From the NCBI GenBank assembly GCA_963749155.1, contig CAVVLO010000002.1:1504001-1568000 (forward strand): a stretch of DNA of 64,000 nucleotides. The letters run 5' to 3'. Both the position numbers and the translations under genes were made by a program. The notes under the pieces are model-generated. The model did not search any database and was not told the DNA's origin. It saw only the letters and a list, made by a program, of their open reading frames with translations. The DNA comes from an uncultured Armatimonadia bacterium (GTDB taxonomy: Bacteria; Armatimonadota; Zipacnadia; CAVVLO01). Of this stretch, positions 57,675 to 64,000 are shown in pieces. Position 1 is the stretch's first letter. Each line of letters opens with the position of its first letter.

Positions 57675-58937
57675 GTGCGCTTTATAAGTGCAGGGATTGC
57701 GCTGCTGATTGCCTTGTCAGCGTTAGTCCTGGCTCAGGGAGAAACCGAAATGCCACAGACCGGCCAGACAGTATGGAATGTTTCCGATTTCGGCGCCATG
57801 CCCGATGGGAAAACTGACTCAACTGCGGCCATCCAGGCCGCACTGGACGCTTGCGCGGCAGCAGGCGGGGGCAAGGTGGTACTGCCGGCAGGCAGTTACT
57901 TCACCTCGGGAACACTGAAAGTCGCCCCTCATGTCCAGTTTTCCGGCGCAGCGCGCATTCTCGATGGCGCAGGAGAAAGCTCTGTCCTGCTGGTTACGAA
58001 CAAAGCAGAGCCCTTCCTCACCCTCAACTCCAGGTGCTCGGTCGAGTATATGGAGTTCAGGTATCCCGAGCAGTCAGACAAGCCCCCTTTCACCGAATAT
58101 CCCTGGGCTATCGACTGCAAGGGCGATAACTGCCAGATAATCGGGTTGTCGTTATTCAATCCATACGATGCTATCCGCCTGGTAGGCGCGGGCAGGCATC
58201 TGGTGCGCGATGTACACGGCAGCCCCCACCATATAGGCATCTACGTGGACCAGATCTACGATGTGGGGCGGATAGAGAACGTCCATTTCTGGCCTTTCTC
58301 CCCTGGCCCTTACGGCCAGGACTCTTACAGCGCGGCCTTCGTATTTGGCCGGACCGACTGGCAGTATGTGGCCAACTGCTTTTCCTGGGGCTACAACATC
58401 GGTTACCACTTTATCCGGACCGAGTCAGGCGGCTGCAACGGCAACTTCGTAGGGCTGGGCGCCGACTGGTGCCGGACAGCTGTGCAAATTGATGACTGCG
58501 CGCCTTACGGCCTGTTGTTTTTAAACGGGCAATTCGTGGCGGTGCCGGGCGATGATCCCACGGCGATCAAGATCGGCAAGGCGAATACTGGGACTGTAAG
58601 CTTCGTTAACTGCTCGGCATGGGGGGCTTTCAACCACGTCGCAGAGGTTGAGGGTACGGGATTTGTTTCCTTCAACAACTTCAACTTTAGCTGCTGGGAC
58701 AGAGAAACGAAGGGGCTCGCGGCGGTCAGGGCGGCTGGCGGCAATGTGCAGGTGACAGGTTGCCAGTTCAGGTCGCCAAATCCCACAGCGCCTCAGGTCA
58801 GCATCGAACCAGGCGCGCAGGCAGTGACTGTTGGATTGAACACCTCGGACACCCCCTGGAACATCCAGAACACGAGCGCCATCGTGCCTGAAGTCGGGCT
58901 CAACAGCGCGCGAATACCTGCCCCTCAGCCAGACTAG
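57675..58937 (+). CDS. Secreted pectin-lyase-fold protein, paralog 2
   Basis: Colinear with and highly similar to paralog 1. Confidence 0.85.
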   Translation: MRFISAGIALLIALSALVLAQGETEMPQTGQTVWNVSDFGAMPDGKTDSTAAIQAALDACAAAGGGKVVLPAGSYFTSGTLKVAPHVQFSGAARILDGAGESSVLLVTNKAEPFLTLNSRCSVEYMEFRYPEQSDKPPFTEYPWAIDCKGDNCQIIGLSLFNPYDAIRLVGAGRHLVRDVHGSPHHIGIYVDQIYDVGRIENVHFWPFSPGPYGQDSYSAAFVFGRTDWQYVANCFSWGYNIGYHFIRTESGGCNGNFVGLGADWCRTAVQIDDCAPYGLLFLNGQFVAVPGDDPTAIKIGKANTGTVSFVNCSAWGAFNHVAEVEGTGFVSFNNFNFSCWDRETKGLAAVRAAGGNVQVTGCQFRSPNPTAPQVSIEPGAQAVTVGLNTSDTPWNIQNTSAIVPEVGLNSARIPAPQPD

Positions 58938-58945
58938 CCTGGACA

Positions 58946-58980
58946 CGGAGCCAGGTCAGTTTTCCTATGGCCTGGCTCCG
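58946..58980. terminator. Hairpin after paralog 2
   Basis: CGGAGCCAGG...CCTGGCTCCG, no clear U-tract. Confidence 0.4.
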
Positions 58981-59055
58981 CCTACAAAAATATTTCGGAA
59001 AGCCTTCTCAAAAGGAACAAAAGGGGTTGCCTTCCTGTTGGCAATTTAGTAATAT

Positions 59056-59077
59056 ATACCCATACGGGTATGGGTAT
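59056..59077. promoter_or_regulatory. CsoR/CstR-family operator-like palindrome
   Basis: ATACCCATAC-GG-GTATGGGTAT perfect inverted repeat containing TACCC-N4-GGGTA. Confidence 0.65.
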
Positions 59078-59110
59078 GTGTTAATGACACTGGCTCGGGG
59101 AGGAGTCCTG

Positions 59111-60809
59111 ATGTCCGCTGACCATGACGCTAACAAAGTGAAAGAAACCGAAGTCCTCATCATCGGGGGAGTAGCCGCTGGCACGAAGGCCTGCGCCAAA
59201 GCCAAGCGTCAGAAGCCAGAACTCGATATCACCCTGGTCACCGAGGACACGCATATCTCCTATGCGGGCTGCGGACTGGCTTATTACATCGGCAACCTTA
59301 TTGACGATGCGAGCAAGCTGATGGTCAGGACGCCCGAGACTTTCGAGGAAGACACCGGCGTCAACGTGCTCACACGCAATCGTGTCACCGCGCTTGACCT
59401 GGACGCCAAACTGGCCACCGTGCTGGACCTCAAGCATGATGAGACTTATCAGATTCACTATGACAAACTGGTAATCGCAACTGGCGCCAGGCCCATAATG
59501 CCGCCTCTTCCAGGTATCAACCTGGACGGAGTCTCACCTCTGCGTACTCTGATGGACGCAATGAAAGTGCGGCAGGCGCTGGATGAAGGCAAAATCAAGA
59601 AAGCCGTCGTTATCGGCGGCGGTTATATAGGCGTCGAAGTGGCCGAGAACCTCGTCCACAGGGGCGTTGAGACAGTCCTCGTAGAGCTTATGCCCCACGT
59701 GCTTCCCAACTTTGATGACGATGTCGCGATGATGGTGCAGCGTGAGATGGAAGACCAGGGGGTAAAGGTCTTCTGCAACACGAAAGCCGAGGCCATACTG
59801 GGCAATGAGAAAGGCCATGCCACAGGAGTAAAGACTACCGCAGGCGAGTTCGAAGCCGACTTGGTCATCGTCGCTGTTGGGGTTCGCCCCAATGTGCAGC
59901 TTGCGAAAGAGGCTGGCCTCGAGCTGGGGCCAACCGGCGCAATCAAGGTAAACGACCGGATGGAGACCAGCGCGCCAGGCGTTTTTGCTGCTGGCGACTG
60001 TGCGGAAAGCACGCATAGTCTCACAGGGCAGGCTTTCTGGGCGCCGCTTGGATCGGTCGCCAACAAACAGGGTCGCACTGTCGGCATCAATCTGGCTGGC
60101 GGCGATGACAGGCAGCCCGGAGTGCTCGGTTCGATGATTGTGAAAGTGTTTGATTTCAACTGCGGACGCACCGGGCTTTCAGTAGAGCAAGCGGCTGAAG
60201 TCGGCATTGAAGCCGTCAGTGTTACCGTCCCAACTCACGATATCGCGCATTATTATCCAGGCTCTCACGATATCATCATCCGCCTGACGGCCGAGAAAGC
60301 AACGGGCAGGCTGCTTGGCGCCTATGTGATTGGTCAGGGCGTGGTGGACAAGACACTGGATACGATAATCACCGCAATCAGCCTGGGCGCCACAACAGAG
60401 CAACTTGCGAAACTCGACCTCGCCTACGCGCCGCCCTATTCAATGGCCATCAGCGCTCCTCTGGTGGCTGCCAATGTGATGCAACGCAAGCTGGAGGGCG
60501 GCATCGAAGGGATTACGGCGCATCAACTGCAAAACAAACTGCAATCCGATCCGGACAATTTCTGCCTGATTGATGTGCGCGACGAGCTGTCCAATATGGT
60601 CAGGAGCATCCCCGGTTCGGTGTGCATCCCGCTGGAGGAGCTGCCTGAGCGACTGAGTGAGCTACCAGCCGACAAGGGAGCTAGTGGTTAGCTGTAATAT
60701 CGGGTACAAGTCCACCAAGGCCTGCGCGCTGCTGCGCAGCAAGCAAATCGGTACAAGCGTGAAATCTCTCGACGGCGGCATCAACGCCTGGCCGTACGAG
60801 ACCGAATAG
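59111..60809 (+). CDS. CoA-disulfide/persulfide reductase fused to a rhodanese domain (+1 indel near 60678)
   Basis: IIGGVAAG, SYAGC, GGGYIG, AAGDC and YAPP; corrected tail IDVR...VVSCNIGYKS...LDGGINAW. Confidence 0.9.
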
Positions 60810-60820
60810 GAGTGAGGGAG

Positions 60821-61045
60821 ATGGCAGAGCAGAAGCTGGATTGTAGAGGAATGCAGTGCCCAGGTCCGATTATGGCGGTAGCCAAGGCCCTGAAAGAGGC
60901 TGCGGTCGGCGATGAACTGGTAGTCGAGGTCACCGAGAAGTCGTTCGCCAAGGATGTAGAGTCACTGTGCAAGAAGCTGGGGCAAGAACTTGTCTCACTC
61001 GATAAGGGCGACACCGTTGTGGCCCGCATTAAAAAAGTGAAGTGA
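60821..61045 (+). CDS. TusA family sulfur carrier
   Basis: LDCRGMQCPGP. Confidence 0.92.
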   Translation: MAEQKLDCRGMQCPGPIMAVAKALKEAAVGDELVVEVTEKSFAKDVESLCKKLGQELVSLDKGDTVVARIKKVK

Positions 61046-61050
61046 TAGAG

Positions 61051-61527
61051 ATGGAAGGCCAAAAAAACACTATCGTCGTGTTCAGCGGCGATATGGACAA
61101 AGTTATGGCGGCTTTGGTCATAGGCTCGACTTCGGCTGCAATGGGCGATGAGGTGGTGCTCTTCTTCACCTTCTGGGGCATAAACGCCTTGCGCAAGGAG
61201 AAGCCGCCCAGGCTGCACAAGAAGCTGCTGCATAAAATGTTTGGCTGGATGATGCCACGCGGCATCAAGAAGCTGGCTCTCTCCAAGATGCAGATGCTGG
61301 GGATGGGTAAAGCCTTTATGAACCGCGCAATGGCGATGGCCGGCGTGGACACCCCTGCCCAGATGCTCGAACAGGCCCAGGCTGCCGGCGTGAAGCTTTA
61401 TGCCTGCGAGATGTCTATGCAAGTTATGGGCATCCAGCCGGAGGAGCTAATCGACGGGGTTGAGCTGGCTGGAGCTGCGACCTATCTGTTCGAAGCCTCC
61501 GAAGGCCGAATCAACCTTTTCGTGTAA
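61051..61527 (+). CDS. DsrE/DsrF/DrsH-like family protein
   Basis: FSGDMDK, FFTFWG, LSKMQMLGMG and YACEMSMQVMG. Confidence 0.92.
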   Translation: MEGQKNTIVVFSGDMDKVMAALVIGSTSAAMGDEVVLFFTFWGINALRKEKPPRLHKKLLHKMFGWMMPRGIKKLALSKMQMLGMGKAFMNRAMAMAGVDTPAQMLEQAQAAGVKLYACEMSMQVMGIQPEELIDGVELAGAATYLFEASEGRINLFV

Positions 61528-61549
61528 GTAACCAAGTATAAAGTTCTGT

Positions 61550-61586
61550 AAAAAGCCCGGCGCAAAGGCGCTGGGCTTTTTCTTTT
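61550..61586 (+). terminator. Intrinsic terminator of the sulfur operon
   Basis: AAAAAGCCCGGCGC-AAAG-GCGCTGGGCTTTTT. Confidence 0.8.
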
Positions 61587-61613
61587 GCAGGGATGAGGCG
61601 CAAGCTTGCGAAC
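61587..61613 (+). promoter_or_regulatory. SigH-like promoter
   Basis: GCAGGG-N16-CGAAC upstream of the 61643 gene. Confidence 0.45.
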
Positions 61614-61642
61614 TAGCCGCCAGAACTAAAGGAGGGAGCTCA

Positions 61643-62948
61643 ATGAAAGCTTTGGCTCTAATAATAAGTCTGGCCGTGGCGTTAATGGCACTGCCTGCGC
61701 TCGCGGCAGAAGGGGGAGTCCCTGTGCAGGAAGGTATGTTCCCAGTTACCAATTATGGCGCGGTGGGAGATGGGGTGTTCGACTGCACCGAAGCTTTTCA
61801 GGACGCCGTCAATGCCGCCTCGGTTCAACGGGGGTATTGTCTGGGTGCCTGGCGGGCACTGGTTAATCAGCGGTTCTATTATGGTGAAGCCAGGCGTTGC
61901 CATCTGCGGGGTGAACCAGGCGCCTATGGCGATTGACGCGCTGGTCGGCTCGGTCATCTTCGCAACCGGCGGCCGTGACCTGGAAGAGGGGCCGGCCCTT
62001 TTCGAGATGGGTCATAGCTCAACGGTCAAGGGAATCAGCGTCTTCTATCCGGCGCAGAGCCCGACCGATATCCACCCCTACCCCTGGACCTTCCATATGC
62101 AAGGCTTCGATAACACGGTCGAATATGTGACTCTGTATAACAGCTATCAGGGTATCAAGGTCGGCCCTGAGCCCAATGTGCGGCATCGCATCTTCCATGT
62201 ATACGGTTGCGTGCTGAAGACGGGCATCTTCGTGGACGCCGTGACCGACATCGGGCGCATCGACAACGTGCAGTTCCACTGCCACTGGTGGTCTTCACCC
62301 CAGATTGGCGGTAATTGGGAGCCGGTCTTCAAGTATATGACCGACAACTGCGAGGCCTTCGTATTCGGCCGCACCGACTGGCAGTATGTAACCAACACCT
62401 TCGTCTTCCCAGCCAAGGTCGGCTACAAATTCGTCCAGACCGAGAAGGGCGTGTGCAATGGCAACTTCACCGGCATCGGCGCCGATGCGACTCAGCGAGG
62501 TATCCTGGTCGAGAACTGCGCCCCCTTCGGCGTGCTGGTGACGAATGGAGAGTTCGTGGCTTTCGGCGGGGATGATCCAGTGGCCATCGAGGTTGAGGAG
62601 ACCAATGGAGGCAATCTCACCCTGACCAACTGCGCGGTGTGGGGGCCTGCCAGGCAAGTCGCAAGACTCGCTGGGGGACGCACCTCGATGAACAACTGCA
62701 ACTTTATGCACTGGTCGGCAGGCGAGGAACTTCTGCCGGCAATAGACGTGAGTGGCGGCAACTTCACAATGTCAGGTTGCCAGCTCTTCGCGGCTGGCAA
62801 GCCCGATGCCCCTTATGTAAGGCTGAACAAGGGCACCCGCGCGGCAGTTATCTTCGGCAACACGACCGACAGGCCGCTGGATGTAATCAACGAGAGCGGC
62901 ATCGAGGCGCAGATCGGCCTCAACGCCACCGAAGTCAAACCGCAGTAA
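61643..62948 (+). CDS. Secreted pectin-lyase-fold protein, paralog 3 (+1 indel near 61823)
   Basis: YGAVGDGVFDCTEAFQDA, DIGRIDNVQF, GRTDWQY and CNGNF shared with paralogs 1 and 2. Confidence 0.82.
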
Positions 62949-62960
62949 CAGCCACTCGGG

Positions 62961-63000
62961 CAAAAAAAGAGCCTGGCGGCCTTGCGCCGTCAGGCTCTTG
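62961..63000. terminator. Bidirectional terminator
   Basis: AAAAAAAGAGCCTGGCGGC...GCCGTCAGGCTCTT between converging genes. Confidence 0.75.
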
Positions 63001-63022
63001 TGCTAACCGGGGAAAGACTGCG

Positions 63023-63883
63023 CTAGACGAAATCGTTGTGCAATTTGTAGGCATCCAGTGTATTGGAGAGCAACTCGGCGCGGGTCATAGGGCCAACTCC
63101 GCCGGGCACGGGGGTAATCAGCCCTGCGATATCTACTACGCTTGCGAAATCCACATCGCCTGCCAGCCCGGCTTCGGTGCGGCTGATACCGACATCTATA
63201 ACCGTCGCTCCGCGTTTTACATAATCGGCGTCAACCATCCCCGCCCGGCCGATTGCGACGATGAGGACGTCCGCCTGCCGGCAGACACCTGGCAGGTCCA
63301 CCGTGCGAGAATGACACATCGTGACCGTCGCGTGGCGCGCAAGCAGCAACTGGGCGATTGGCTTGCCGACGATTGTGCTGCGGCCGACAACGACAGCGTT
63401 TGCACCCTTAAGAGGCACCTGATACTCATCCAGCAACCGCATAACGCCTTTCGGGGTGCAGGGGGCGAATTTGGGGGCGGCGCTAATCAGCAACTCGCCC
63501 ATATTCATCGGATGGAAACCATCTACGTCTTTATTTGGATCGAGTTCCTGGATGACCTTGGCGGTGTTGATTTGCTCGGGCAGGGGTAGCTGCACGAGAA
63601 TGCCGTCCACCTTCGGGTCGAAGTTGAGCTCGCTGATCAGAGCCAGCAGCTCGGATTCGCTGGTATCCACAGCCAGCTTGTGGGTGTGAGAATCGAAGCC
63701 AACCTCGATGGCGTCCTTCTCCTTATTGCGCACATAAACCTGGCTTGCGGGATCTTCGCCAACCAGGATTACGTGCAAACCTGGCGGGCGTCCGATGCGC
63801 TGGGCAAGCTGACCGGTCTCATCTGCTATCTCAACCCTGAGCCTGGCGGCCGAGGCCTTGCCATCAATTAGCGTCGCTGGCAT
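63023..63883 (-). CDS. folD: Bifunctional methylenetetrahydrofolate dehydrogenase/cyclohydrolase
   Basis: YVRNK, GILVQLPLP, KDVDGFHP, PCTP, GRSTIVGKP and TPVPGGVGPMT. Confidence 0.98.
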   Translation of the reverse strand: MPATLIDGKASAARLRVEIADETGQLAQRIGRPPGLHVILVGEDPASQVYVRNKEKDAIEVGFDSHTHKLAVDTSESELLALISELNFDPKVDGILVQLPLPEQINTAKVIQELDPNKDVDGFHPMNMGELLISAAPKFAPCTPKGVMRLLDEYQVPLKGANAVVVGRSTIVGKPIAQLLLARHATVTMCHSRTVDLPGVCRQADVLIVAIGRAGMVDADYVKRGATVIDVGISRTEAGLAGDVDFASVVDIAGLITPVPGGVGPMTRAELLSNTLDAYKLHNDFV

Positions 63884-64000
63884 TGCTCTTTCCCTCCACT
63901 TGAAGCTTGCCGGAAGCTATCTCATCTTTGAGATTCCCCAGCAAACCATTTACGAAACTGGCCGACTTTTCATCTCCGTATTCGCGCGCAAGACCAACCG
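63864..64000 (-). CDS. nusB: Transcription antitermination factor NusB, 3' end only (not in the ORF track)
   Basis: Manual translation gives VGLAREYGDEKSASFVNGLLG...*; nusB-folD order is conserved in many bacteria. Confidence 0.85.
   Translation of the reverse strand, partial: VGLAREYGDEKSASFVNGLLGNLKDEIASGKLQVEGKSNASDAN

Noticed and set aside
686..62948. Many frameshifted genes read as pseudogenes or programmed frameshifts
   Set aside because: Single-base breaks hit essential genes (ftsZ, leuS) with no in-frame stops or decay, which fits long-read consensus errors; only pilins E and F are flagged as possibly real
1..64000. CRISPR array, IS element or prophage
   Set aside because: No regularly spaced short repeats and no transposase, integrase or phage structural genes recognised

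Overview
A 64-kb GC-rich bacterial chromosomal segment. The expanded prepilin-type 'KARQxxCxxNLKQ' family, large Alu-type SRP RNA, Cheo-type LexA box and many secreted glycoside hydrolases suggest an Armatimonadota-like organism, which is an inference and not a taxonomic call. Housekeeping genes: grpE, ftsZ, holA, yebC, leuS, tadA, two tRNA-Ser, ffs, dnaX, ybaB, lexA, rpe, folD and the 3' end of nusB. These are interleaved with CAZyme-like genes, metal transporters (CDF, CopA, CorC/TlyC) and a CoA-persulfide reductase/TusA/DsrE operon. About 20 single-base frameshifts occur, including in ftsZ and leuS, so the assembly is indel-prone and most breaks are probably sequencing errors. The most striking accessory structure (12.8-20.6 kb) is a twice-occurring cassette: a promoter with a poly-G spacer, a membrane-anchored CSEC redoxin, three divergent Cys-containing prepilin-like genes and one small secreted Cys-rich peptide. 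Copy 2 is bounded by a 23-bp direct repeat and followed by a presenilin-like GxGD protease. Other signals are a fixed-spacing SigH-like promoter motif at 7 intergenic sites, a Thermus-style A9 slippage site in dnaX, a sigma54 promoter followed by a G-quadruplex motif, and tadA reading into a tRNA gene. No CRISPR array, transposase, integrase or prophage genes were seen.
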